Positions 13,125 to 28,800 of a stretch of 64,000 bases of DNA are shown here, piece by piece. A program made the position numbers and the translations under genes. The stretch is from the human T2T-CHM13v2.0 reference genome, Homo sapiens, in the NCBI RefSeq assembly GCF_009914755.1, contig NC_060947.1; one strand, given 5' to 3'. The notes under the pieces are model-generated. The model was not told where the DNA came from, made no database searches, and saw nothing but the letters and a program-made list of their open reading frames with translations. How positions within the stretch are numbered: position 1 is the stretch's first letter; every line of letters begins with the position of its first letter.

Positions 13125-14161
13125 ATGAGGAAAAAGCAGTGCAAAAAGGCTGAAAATTCCAAAAACCAGAATGCCTCTTCTCCTCCAAACGGTCCTCCAA
13201 AGGATCACAACTCCTCGCCAGTGAGGGAACAAAACTAAATGAAGAATGAGTTTGACGAATTGACAGAAGTAGGCTTCAGAAGGTGGGTAATAACAAACTC
13301 CTCTGAGCTAAAGGAGCATGTTCTAACCCAATGCAAGGAAGCTAAGAACATTGAAAAAAGGTTAGAGGAATTGCTAACTAGAACAATCAGTTTAGAGAAG
13401 AACATAATGACCTGATGGACCTGATGGATCAGAAGAACTTCGTGATGCATACACAAGTATCAATAACCAACTCAATCGAGTGGAAGAAAGGATATCAGAG
13501 ATTGAAGATCAACATAATGAAATAAAGCATGAAGACAAGATGAGAGAAAAAAGAATGAAAAGGAAAGAACAAAGCCTCCAAGAAATATGGCACTTTGTGA
13601 AAAGACCAAATCTACACTTGATTGGTGTACGTGAAAGTGACAGGGAGAATGGAAGCAGGTTGGAAAACACTCTTCAGGATATTATCCAGAAGAACTTCCC
13701 TAACCTAGCAAGACAGGCCAACATTCAAATTCAGGAAATACAGAGAACACCACAGAGATACTCTTCGAGAAGAGCAAACAACTCCAAGACACATAATTGT
13801 CAGATTCACCAAGGTTGAAATGAAGGACAAAATGTTAAGGGCAGCCAGAGAGAAGGGTCGGGTTTCTGACAAAGAGAAGCCCATGAGACTAACAGCAGAT
13901 CCCTCTGCAGAAACCCTACAAGCCATAAGAGAGTGGGAGGGTAATATTCAAAATTCTTAAAGAAAAGAATTTTCACCTAGAATTTCATATCCAGCCAAAT
14001 TAAGCGTCATAAGCAAAGGAGAAATAGAATCCTTTACAGACAAGCAAATGCTGAGAGATTTTGTCACCACCAGGCCTGCTGTACAAGAGGTCCTGAAGGA
14101 AGCACTAAATATGGAAAGGAAAAACCCGTACCAGCCACTGCAAAAACATACCAAATTGTAA
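13125..14161 (+). pseudogene. L1 ORF1p remnant (disrupted)
   Basis: ORF 13480-13818 contains RPNLHLIGV..ENTLQDIIQKNFPNLARQANIQIQEIQRTPQRY. Stops and frameshifts are present. Confidence 0.9.
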
Positions 14162-14224
14162 AGACCATTAACACTATGAAGAAACTGCATCAACTAACAT
14201 GCAAAATAACCAGCTAGCATCATA

Positions 14225-18059
<3,835 letters not shown>

Positions 18060-18459
18060 AAAATGAGAACACATGGACACAGGGAGGGGAACATCACACA
18101 CCGGGGCCTGTCGGGGGGTGGGGGGCTAGGGGAGGGATAGCATTAGGAGAAATACCTAATGTAGATGACGGGTTGATGGGTGCAGCAAACCACCATGGCA
18201 CGTGCATACAAATTTAACAAACCTGCACGTTCTGCATATGTATCCCAGAACTTAAAGTATAATTTTAAAAAAAACTGAGAAGTAAGGGGAAGGATCCTAC
18301 AGGCAAGGCAAATGGACAAATAACCTGCTTCTGTTTTCTCCCCCTTCTCATCCATCCTGTACATTGTTGCTGTGATAATTTTCCCAACACAACAATTTCA
18401 TTCAGACTTTCAAGGGCATTCAGCTCACTCTTCAGCCTCACTTGCAAGACAATGGTACA

Positions 18460-18695
18460 TACTGGCTAAGAGTGTAGGACTTAAAAAACTTGGTGGTTGA
18501 AGATATATGCTTCCACTACCTCATGAAACATCAGGAAAATTATAAAGTAATAGATGGAAACATACATACACACACACACACACATACAGAGAGAGAGGGA
18601 GAGTCAGGATAGGAGGAGACAGTAGAATCAAAATTTTAGAAGTTGGAAAGCAAAAGGACAGGTGATAACTGACTTAGCAAACACAAGAAACCTGA
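18460..18695 (+). mobile_element. Ancient L1M/HAL1-like 5' region, left part (continues at 24992-25790)
   Basis: Joined to 25003 onward, it is colinear with the related uninterrupted copy at ~55600-55900 ('aattttagaagttggaaagca..tgacttag..tgaaccttaagcagatagtag' vs 'aattttggaaattagaaagca..tgacttag..tgaatctcaaaccaacagtgg'). Confidence 0.6.
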
Positions 18696-18741
18696 TGGAG
18701 CCATAAAAAGGAAGGAGATCATGTCCTTTGTAGGGACATGG
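18696..18741 (+). mobile_element. 46-bp L1 3'-region fragment
   Basis: 'tggagccataaaaaggaaggagatcatgtcctttgtagggacatgg' matches L1 sequence at 24640-24686 and the equivalent at ~17927-17972. Confidence 0.85.
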
Positions 18742-19254
18742 TCTCAATCCAGATCTGCAGAGAGGGTTCTTGAATCTCACAGAAGAAAGAATTCAAGGTG
18801 AGTTGCAGAGTGCAGTGATAAGATATTGAAAGCTACACTGTTACAGAGTAGGGCATCCTCAGAAATTAAGAGAGGAATGCACTGTCTTCAAGCTTTTCTT
18901 ATATAAGTGTCCTGTCTATGCAAAGACTAAACTAAGCTGTGACTATGTGCAGGAGAGCAGACAGCATGAGAAAATTTATTATTCTGTTGATTTAAAGAAA
19001 ACTATCCTTGATATTTTAGTGGGTAAGTACATCAAAGAATAACTATAATTATTTTAAACCATGTATTGTCACGGGTATTGGGACATCTAGACTTTCTGCT
19101 ATTGTAGGTGTGTGTCCTTGTAGGTTTTCCTCAACTATAAACACTTTATAACCATGAATCATGGCTGGAACCGAAAGTGCCTTTTTAGTCTCAAGATGGA
19201 GCTGAACTTAAAACGGTGTCACTCTGGTTCTGCTAGGCTCCTGTTTCCCTAACA
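18740..19254 (-). mobile_element. ERV1 MER4-group solo LTR, left (3') terminus apparently clipped
   Basis: Minus strand begins 'tgttagggaaacaggagcctagcagaaccagagtgacacc'. The other end reads 'ggtctcaatccagatc..gagagggttcttgaatctc..aagaaagaattc' and lacks the expected terminal bases. Confidence 0.7.
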
Positions 19255-19306
19255 GATATTTTACTGAGGATGTCTAAGTAGCATATTAATCAATTCCATA
19301 TCATAT

Positions 19307-19830
19307 CATGGCAGATGCTGTTGGTTGCCTTTCCAAGAATTATTTTCTCTATGTATTTTTTTCTTCACTGATAGGAGCATGGTCTTGTCTAGGGAGGAAT
19401 GCACCCAATCCAAACAAATCATGACATGCCATTCCCATTGACCATTGACTGGTATAGAGATGGGTATATGTGAAACTGTTTTTGGCCATCTAGATGTAAG
19501 AGAAAGTTTATTTGGGGCCATACAGTTCTACCTTACAGAGAACTATATAAAACAGGGTTTGTTTGCCCTCTTCCTTCCCATTATACTTTGTATCTTGTTG
19601 TGTGAACATCTGGAGCTTCAGTAGACATCTTGTAACCAAGAGGCAATATGCCCAGGAATGGAAGAATAGAATTATGAAAAGAGCTTGGCTTGTGGACTAT
19701 GACTTTGAACACTCAAACTATGACTATCTTCTACCAGATTTCTTGTTCACTAAACAACTAATATATTCCTGGTTTAAACCACTGCTGGTTTGAGTTCTGT
19801 TACTTGCACTCAAAAACAGTACACACTGAA
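19307..19830 (+). mobile_element. Old MLT1-type MaLR LTR (MLT1J/K/L-like)
   Basis: Start 'tggcagatgctgttggttgcc' and end 'gtttaaaccactgctggtttgagttctgttacttgcactcaaaa'. Confidence 0.6.
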
Positions 19831-19989
19831 CAATTCCATTTTTATGTTTAACAGAAAACCCCACATCTATGGATATACATATGTTCCTTGTGGATCTTTT
19901 TGCTAATGTAAAAAGGTGAAAGAAAAATGGACAACTACCAGTTGAAGAATGACTGAAGACTATTACGCAACCATTAAGAAAATATTTTG

Positions 19990-20095
19990 GCGGTCACTTC
20001 AGCAGCATATATACTAAAATGGAATGGTAGAGAGAACATTAGCATGTCCCTTGCACAAAGATGACATGCAAATTCAGGAAGCATTCCTTATTTTT
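19990..20095 (+). pseudogene. RNU6: U6 snRNA retropseudogene, full length, fused to L1
   Basis: 'gcggtcacttcagcagcatatatactaaaatggaatggtagagagaacattagcatgtcccttgcacaaagatgacatgcaaattcaggaagcattccttattttt' is colinear with U6 and ends in T5. It joins directly to L1 ORF1 sequence at 20096. Confidence 0.95.
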
Positions 20096-20415
20096 CTTCA
20101 TAAGCGAATAAGAAAGTAAGATCCTTTTCAGACAAGCAAATGCTTAGTGAATTTTTCAACACCAGGCCTGCCTTGCAAGAGCTCCTGAAGGAAGCACTGA
20201 ATATGGAAAGGAAAAACCACTACCAGCCATTATAAAAACACACTGAATTACACAGACCAGTGACACCATGAAGCAACCACATAAACAAGCCTGCAAAATA
20301 ACCAGCTAGCATCATGATGACAGGATCAAATTCACACACAAAAATACTAACCTTAAATGTAAATGGACTAAATGTCCCAATTAAAAGGCACAGACGGCAA
20401 GCTTGATAGAGTCAT

Positions 20416-21745
20416 TGTGTCTGGAATTGGTGGGTTCTTGGTCTCACTGACTTAAAGAATGAAGCCGTGGACCCTCGTGGTGAGTGTTACAGTTCTTAAA
20501 GATGGTGTGTCTGGAGTTTGTTCCTTCTGATGTTCAGATGTGTCCGGAATTTCTCCCTTTTGGTGGGTTCGTTGTCTCACTGACTTCAGGAGTGAAGCCA
20601 CAGACCTTCGCAGTGAGTGTTACAGCTCTTAAAGGCAGCGCGTCCAGAGTTGTTCATTTCTCCCGGTGGGTTTGTGGTCTCGCTGGCTTCAGGAGTAAAG
20701 CTGCAGACCTTCAGAGGTGAGTGTTACAGCACATAAAGGTAGTGTGGACCCAAAGAGTGAACAGCAGCAAGATTTATTGTGAAGAGCAAAAGAACAAAGC
20801 TTCCACAGCATGGAATGGGACCACAGCGGGTTGCCGCTGCTGGCTCGGGTGGCCTACTTTTATTCCCTTATCCGGCCCCACTCACATCCTGCTGATTGGT
20901 CCACTTTACAGAGAGCTGATTGGTCCACTTTACAGAGAGCTGATTGGTCCATTTTACAGAGAGCTGATTGGTCCGTTTTACAGAGAGCTGATTGGTCCAT
21001 TTTGACAGAGTGCTGATTGGTGCATTTACAAACCTTTAGCTAGACACAGAGTGCTGATTGGTGCGTTTACAATCTTTAGCTAAACAGAAAAGTTCTCCAA
21101 GTCCCCAGCCAATTAGCTAGACACAGAGCACTGATTGGTGTGTTTACAAACCTTTAGCTAGACATAGAGTGCTGATTGGTGCGTTTACAATCCTTTAGCT
21201 AGACAGAAAAGTTCTCCAAGTCCCCACCCATCCCAGAAGCTCAGCCAGCCTCACCTCTCACTGGCATTCACCACGGGACTTTGAGGCACCTAGCCTGAGG
21301 GAGCTCATCCAGACAGCAGCCCAGCAGCCGAGAGGGCTCCAGAGGGCTCCAGCAGCCCAGAGGGAGCTCATCCCAGACAATCAAGAGGAAAAGAGGGGAA
21401 GTGAGAAAGAGACGGAGACCTGCTATCGTGGCCAACGGTCCCACGAGGAGGGAACAGTGGTCCACACACAGGATTCAGCCTCTGATCAAGCCCAGCAGGC
21501 CCATGCTCACCTGGAACCTGCGCTGGCCTGTGAGCGCTGCGTGCAGCCCCGGCTCCCACCCACACCTCTCTCTTCACACTTCCCCGTGAGCAGAGAGAGC
21601 CAGCTCCGGCCTCGGCCAGCCCCAGAGAGGGGCCCTCGTAGGGCAGCGGTGGGCTGAAGGGCTCCTCAAGCACGGCCAGAGCAGACGCCAAGGTCGAGGA
21701 GGCACTGAGAGCGAGCGAGGGCTGCTAGCATGTTGTCACCTCTCA
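20416..21745 (-). mobile_element. LTR12 (ERV9) solo LTR
   Basis: Minus strand starts 'tgagaggtgacaacatgctagcagcc' and ends 'ccaattccagacaca'. Tandem 'gctgattggt' (CCAAT on minus) repeats. 4-bp TSD tcat at 20412-20415 / 21746-21749. Confidence 0.95.
20888..21182 (-). promoter_or_regulatory. LTR12 tandem CCAAT (NF-Y) promoter/enhancer array
   Basis: Repeated 'ctgattgg' units next to the TATA-like 'aataaaag' (plus strand 'cttttatt', ~20857-20864). This is the known LTR12 promoter architecture, directing transcription leftward. Confidence 0.7.
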
Positions 21746-23896
21746 TCATGACCCATTGGTATGCTGTCTTCAAGAGACCCATCTCACATGCAAAGACACA
21801 CATAGGCTCAAAATAAAGGGATGGAGGAAATTTTATCAAGCAGATGGAAAACAGAGAAAAGCAGGTGTTGCAATCCTAATTTCTGACAAAACAGATTTTA
21901 AACCAACAAAGTTCAAAAAAGACAAAGAAGGGCATTACATAATGGTAAAAGGTTCAATTCAACAAGAAGAGCTAATTATCTTATATATGCACCCAATATG
22001 GGAGCACCCAGGTTAATAAAGCAACTTCTTAGAGACCTACAAAGAGCCTTAGACTCCCACACAATAATATTGGGAGACTTTAACACCTCAATGTCAATAT
22101 TAGATCATTGAGACACAAAATTAACAAAGATATTTAAAACCTGAGCTCAGCTCTGAATCAAATGGAGCTGATAGGTGTCTACAGAACTCTCCACCCAAAT
22201 TCAACAGAATATACATCTTCTCATTGCCACATGGCACTTACTCTAAAATTGATCACATAATCAGAAGTAAAACACTCCTCATCAAATGCAAAATAACTGA
22301 AATCCTAACAGTCTCTCAGACCACAGTGCAATCAAATTAGAACTCAAGATTAAGAAATTGACTCAAAATAACACAATTACATGGAAATTGAAAAACCTTC
22401 TCCTGAATGACACTTGGGTAAATAATAAAATTAAGCAGAAATCAAGAAATTCTTTGAGACTAATGAGAAAAAAGAGACAATGTACCAGAATCCCTGGGAT
22501 GCAGCTAAAGCAGTGTTAAGAGGGAAATTTATAGTACTAAATGCCCACATCAAAAAGCTAGAAATATCTCAAGTTAACAACCTAACATCTCAACTAAAAG
22601 AACTAGAGAAGCAAGAGCAAACAAACCCCAAAGCTAGCAGAAGACAAGAATTAACTAGGATCAGAGCTGAACTGAAGGAGATAGAGACACAAAAAACCCT
22701 TCAAAATAACAACAAAACCAGGAGCTGGTTTTTTGAAAAGGTTAATAAAATAGACAGACCACTAGCTAAACGAATAAAGAAGAAAAGAGAGAAGATGCAA
22801 ATAAACACAATCAGAAATGATAAGGGGGATATCACCACTGACCCCACAGAAATACGAACAGCCATCAGAGAATACTATAAACACCTCTATGCACATAAAC
22901 TAGAAAATCTAGAATAAATGGATAAACTCCTGGACACATACACCCTCCCAAGACTGAAACAGGAAGAAATTGAATCCCTGAATAGACCAATAATGAGTTC
23001 TGAAATTGAGGCAGTAATAAATAGCCTATCAACCAGAAAAAGCCCAGGACCAGATGGATTCACAGCTGAATTTTACCAGAGGTACAAAGAAGAGCTGGCA
23101 TCATTTATACTAAAACAAATTTTAAAAATTGTAGGGACTCCTCCCTAACTCGTTTTATGAGGCCAGCATCATCCTGATATCAAAACCTGGCAGAGGCACA
23201 GTGAAAAAAGAACACTTCAGGCCAATATCCTAGATGAACATAGATGCAAAAATCCTCAATAAAATACTGGCAAACAAAATCCAGCAGCACATCAAATAGT
23301 TTATCCACCATGATCAAGTTGGCTTCATCCCCAGGATGCAAGGTTGGTTCAACATACACAAATCAATAAATGTGATTCATCAAATAAACAGATCTAAAGA
23401 CAAAAACCACATGATTATATCAATAGATGCAGAAAATGCCTTTGATAAACTTCAACATCCTTTCATGTTAAAAGCTCTCAATAAACTAGGTATTGAAGGA
23501 ACATACCTCAAAATAAAGAGGGCCATATATGACAACCCACAGCCAACAGCACACTGAATGGGCAAAAGCTGGAAGCATTCCCTTCGAAAACCAGCACAAG
23601 ACAAGAATGCCCTCTCTCACCATTCCTATTCAACCTAGTATTGGGAGTTCTGGCCAGGGCAATCAGGCAATAGAAAGAAATAAAGCATATTCAAATAGGA
23701 AGAGAGGAAGTCAAACTATCTTTTTTGCAGATGACATGATGCTATATCTAGAAAACTCCATTGTCTCAGCCCAAAAGCTTCTTAAGCTGATAAGCAACTT
23801 CAGCAAGTTACAGGATATAAAATCAATGTACAAAAACAGCTAGCATTCTTATACACCAACAACAGGCAAGCAGCGAGCCAAATCATGAATGAACTT

Positions 23897-24240
23897 CATA
23901 TATGAAACATATATGAAAACATACGTGTATGAAACATATATGAAAAACATACGTGCATGAAACATATATGAAAACATATGTGTATGAAGCATATATGAAA
24001 ACATACATGTATGAAACATATATGAAAACATACGTGTGTGGAACATATATGAAAAACACGTGTATGAAACATATGAAACACATACATGTATGAAACATAT
24101 ATTAAAAACATATGTGTATGAAACATATATGAAAAACATACGTGTATGAAACATGAAAAACATACGTGTATGAAACATATGAAAAACATACATGTATGAA
24201 ACATATATGAAAAACATATATAAAAAACAATATATGAAAA
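23897..24240 (+). repeat. AT-rich minisatellite (~27-28-bp unit, tatgaaacatatatgaaaaacatacgtg) at an L1 ORF2 deletion junction
   Basis: About 12 degenerate copies between L1 'aatcatgaatgaact' and L1 'aaaaaagctc.acatcactgatc'. Confidence 0.9.
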
Positions 24241-24991
24241 AAGCTCGACATCACTGATCATTAGAGAAATGCAAATCAAAACCACACTGAGATACCATCT
24301 CACACCAGTCATAATGGCTATTTTTTAAAAAGTCAAAAAACAACAAACACAGATGCTGGCAAGGTTGTGGAGAAAAAGGAACACTTTTACATTGTTGGTG
24401 GGAGTGTGAATTAGTTCAACTATTGTGAAAGACAGTGTGATGATTCCTCAAAGACCTAGAGGCAGAAATACCATTTGACCCAGCAATCCCATTACTGGAT
24501 ATACACCCTAAGGAATATAAATCATTCTATTATAAAGATACATGCAAACGTGTTCATTGCAGCACTGTTCACAATAGCAAAGACATGGAATCAACCTAAA
24601 TGTCCATAAATGGTAGACTGGATAAAGAAAATGTGGTTATGCAGCCATAAAAAAGGAATGAGATGATGTCCTTTGCAGGGACATGGGTCAAGTTGGAAGC
24701 CATTATCCTCAGCAAACTAACGCAGGAACAGAAAACCAAACACCACGTGTTCTCACTTATAAGTGGGAGCTGAACAACGTGAACACATGGACACAGGGAG
24801 GGGAACAACACACAATGGGACCTGTTGGTGGGTGGGTAGGGGAGGGAGACCATTAGGAAAAATACCTAATGCGTGCAGGGCTTAATACCTAGGTGATGGA
24901 TTGATAGGTGGAGCAAACCACCATGGCACACGTTTACCTTTGTAACAAACCTGCACATCCTGCACCAGTACCCCAGAACTTAAAATTTAAA

Positions 24992-25790
24992 AAGTAACCT
25001 GAACCTTAAGCAGATAGTAGGGGAAACCAAGAAACAACATGACTTGTACTGAAGAGTCTCCTTAAATCCCAGGAACTGACTGTACCAAGTACCTCTGGAA
25101 AGAGGGGGGAAGAAGAGGTTGAAAACAGCAGTGCTTGAAAGTCTGAACATCTGGAGTCTCAGATGTATACTCCTTTGATCCCTGGCTGTGTGGTTGACTA
25201 CTGTTCCCCAAACTCATCAGAGGACCAAAGGTATAGCCTGTGTAGAAGATAAAACATATGTCTGGACTAGAGAATATGAAGCATAGATGAAGGTGGAGAT
25301 ACCATATCGAAAACTGGGATTAAGTAAAATTCTCTGAGCACTGACTATTGACACCTTAAACCTTCTTCATCAACTGGGATCCCAAAACACTAGATTGTAC
25401 ATTCCAGGCAGGAGATGGGAGGATGTCTCTCTGCAGGATATTACTAGCACAAGAAGAAAAATCTAAAAACACTGAGTCTAAAGGTACTGACAATCAGGGG
25501 TTCCCCAAAGAAACAGTGCAACTATACCATTGGCAGTGAACCCTACAGCCCAAAAACCCTACCCACATGCTCAACGTTGCTAGTAATCTTTTTAGTATCT
25601 CCCTCATAACTATGAATGGACACCTAAAGATCACAGACATCTGGAGAAACTCTGACATGAGAGAAATCAAAACAAGCAAACAGAGGTGAATAACCTGAAA
25701 AAGAGAGTGATGATTCAGGAAGATGACAACTTCAAAAACAAAAACAAAAAAATCATACACATTAATGTGCCCAGCATCACAATAATGGAA
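24992..25790 (+). mobile_element. Ancient L1M/HAL1-like 5' region, right part
   Basis: Colinear with the related element at 55600-57360 (e.g. 'tacctctggaa', 'cagacatctggagaaactctgacatga' vs 'cagacatttgtggaacacttccaacatga'). Confidence 0.55.
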
Positions 25791-25879
25791 ACACTGAATA
25801 TTGTTCTAACCAATGCGTAGTGAGGAGAGAGAAAAGAAGAAACAGGAAGTGTGATTGTTTGGGGAGTACAGGCAGTGGT

Positions 25880-28800
25880 TGCATAGAGTGAATTAGAAAG
25901 CTTTTCATTTTTGTTATATGACTAGCACAATTTGCATAGCATTACAATGATATGTCTATTGTAGATTTGATGGAACTCTACTGTAAAATCATCTGAGTCA
26001 GATACATGGTAAGGGTAAAATTTTTGAATATCTTTTCCTATTCTTATATTGTTATTTTCCTATTCAAACTTTCTACTATTTCTTCAGGTATTTTCTGTAA
26101 TCATGAGTTTAAATGTAGGGTATAAAATTGTACATATAGAATTCTTCTTACAAATTTTAAAATATGCTCCATATATTTAATTCTGCTTTCTCATTCTTAA
26201 CTTTACTTGGGTGTTTGCTCTTTTTTTCATAATCACACTTGTCAAGTTTTTTTTTCTTGTTCTTTCCAAAACCAAATTTCAGTTTTGTTGATTTATTTAA
26301 TGTATTGTTGGCTTGTCTTACTGTTTTCTATAGCATTATCTGTATCAGCTCTTTCTGATTTCTTTGGGCATATTTTTTCTATTAATTTTCTAGTTTGTTG
26401 AATTAAGCACTTAATTTTTTCCCAATATTTACTGTTTTGTAATACATATGTTTAAAGCTGTACCTTGTCCTCTGAGTACATCTTTGAAGCATTTCATGGG
26501 TTTGAATATATACTACAATAACTGTTTTTCATTTTTAAATAAGTTATAATTTGAGTTTTTATTTCTTTTTTTTTAAATCCAAGAGTTATTTAGAAGGGTG
26601 TCATTTCACTCCCTGATTGTGATGGATAGGACAACCTCCTCCCCCAATCTCCCTGCAAAGATGTCCATGTCTTAATCCCTAGAAACTGTTACATTACATG
26701 GCAAAAGGGTCTTTGCAGATGTGATTGTCAACTATCTTAAGATAGGGAGGGCCCAATATAATCTCAAGAGTCCTTAAAAGATGAAAGAGAAAGGCAGCAG
26801 AGTCAGAGAAAGAGATAAGGCAATACAGAGTGATGAGGGTAACCTCTAGAAACTGGAAAAGACAAAAAAAGAATTTTCCCCTAGAGCCTCCAGAAAAAAC
26901 AGAGATCTGTTGACACTTGATTTTAGCCTCATAAGATCTACTTCTGATTTCTGATCTCCAAATAATACATTTACGTTGTTTTAAATCACTAAGTGTGGGG
27001 CAATTTCTTACAGCTATAATAAGAAACTAATATATAGATTAATTTTATTACTGTCTTTTTATTAAATTTTTGATTTTGCTTCTGTGTTAAGAGAAAATGA
27101 CTTGCTTAACTTCTGCTTTGGAGAATGTGTTCTTTTCCTTTGTGGCCATATTCATTATCAATCTTTGTAAATCTTTTCCTGAAAAAGATGTGAAGTCCTT
27201 CTTTGATGGATGTATGTGTGGATATGTATTATAGATATAGATATACATATAAATATAGATATGTATATAATATATATCTTAGTTGACAAGATACATATAT
27301 ATTCTCTTGAAAGATAATAGATTGTACTAATATACTAATATAAGATAGATCTCTATGTCTCATTTAATTGTTATATATATATATATACCACATTTAGCAT
27401 TTGGCCTTAAGTTATATCTAGTATTGATATGTGCTTTTTTAAAACATGCATTTGCCTGGTGTTTATTTCCCTATCTCTTTATTTTCAAATTCTCTGTGTC
27501 ATTTAATTCATTTGGCTTATTTCTAGTATATTTCTTTATGGTATATAAAGAAATTATACCATACCATATTGTTAGAAGGGGAGTTGTGTTTAACTCTATT
27601 TAAATGTCTGTCTTTTTCTTTGAATCAGGGAATTTAACCCATACATATTTATATGATTAATGATGCTCTATTTTATGTCTTATATTTACCTTTCTTTCCT
27701 TATTTTTTTCTTTTCCACTTCTATTCCCATTCTTTTCCTTACCTTCCCCTCCCTTTTACTTTCTTGCACTTTGTTGGCTTTTTCTTTTTTGCCCCTATGC
27801 AGCTTTGTTACATTCCTATTTCTATTATTTTAGTGGCTACCCTTAAACTGTTAATAAATATTAAAAATTAACATTTTCCTTCTTCATGTACAATTAACAG
27901 GTATCTATACACTTCCCCTGAAAAAGATGAGATCTTTAGCACTCCATTACCCTTTCAGCCTGCCCTGTCCATCTTCCATATTATAGTGATCTGGAAAATT
28001 AGTTCTAGGGATTTTTTTTAAGTTATGCATCAACTGTTATTTAAGCATATATATAAGTATTTCTAGCCTCTTCGTGTACTTTTGTTTCTTGCATTTCCAA
28101 TTTTCTGCCTTGGATTTATTTTTCATTTTGCTACAGTAGCTTCTTGAGTAATTTTTTTCAGTGAAGTCTGCAGGGAATAACTTTCTGACTCTCTCCATGT
28201 CTGAAGGAATCCTTATTTTGCCTCACTATAGTGTTAGCTTGACTAGATACAGAATTGTAAGTTAAAAAATGGTTTTCCCTCAGGACTTTGAAGGTATTGC
28301 TTCTTTTTCTCCTTATACAAATCTGATTTTTACTCCTTTGGACAAAATTTTCTTTCTGGCTCTGTCTCCGTAGAAGCTTCTGGAATTTTCTTTTACCCTT
28401 GGAGTTATGAAATACATAAGAATATGCCCAGATGTGGGTCATTTATTATTCTTCTTGGTCAGCATTGGATAAATCTCTTTATTCAGAAAATTCCTTTTTT
28501 AAGCTTGGGAACCATTTTTCTGTTTTATTATTTATTTGATTATTTCTCCCCTCTTACTATGTTGTCTCTTATTAGATTAAACTTCTAGGATTGATTGACA
28601 ACATCTCTTAACTTTTATCTCAAATTTTCATCTCTTTAGCTTGTAGGAGATCTTCGTTTGTTGGTTTCTAGATTTCATTTTTTTAAATCCTTGACTTTAT
28701 TCTCCAGAGCCCCAATTTGCTCTTCAATCATGCACATTCTATTATTTAATACTTCTCTTGCATTTTTCTTATTTTGCTAAAAAGATAATTTCCAAGAACT

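Larger units (their letters stand above)
20096..24991 (+). mobile_element. 5'-truncated LINE-1 (roughly L1PA10-13-like) forming the L1 part of a U6/L1 chimera; interrupted by LTR12 and with ~1 kb of ORF2 deleted
   Basis: Starts in the ORF1 3' part ('cttcataagcgaa..tccttttcagacaagcaaatgct'). ORF2 remnants at 21756-23843 (FADDM). 3'UTR 'gggcttaatacctaggtgatgg..cctgcacatcctgcac' and a short A-tail. Confidence 0.92.

Noticed and set aside
19990-20095. Functional U6 snRNA gene
   Set aside because: It has many substitutions, including in the ACAGAGA box (reads agagaga), no recognisable PSE/TATA upstream, and it is fused to L1.
20888-21182. Regularly spaced repeats as a novel array
   Set aside because: This is the standard LTR12 CCAAT tandem repeat region.
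23849-24312. Three overlapping repetitive hydrophobic ORFs, or a CRISPR-like array
   Set aside because: They are translations of a head-to-tail minisatellite with no unique spacers, in a eukaryotic L1 context.
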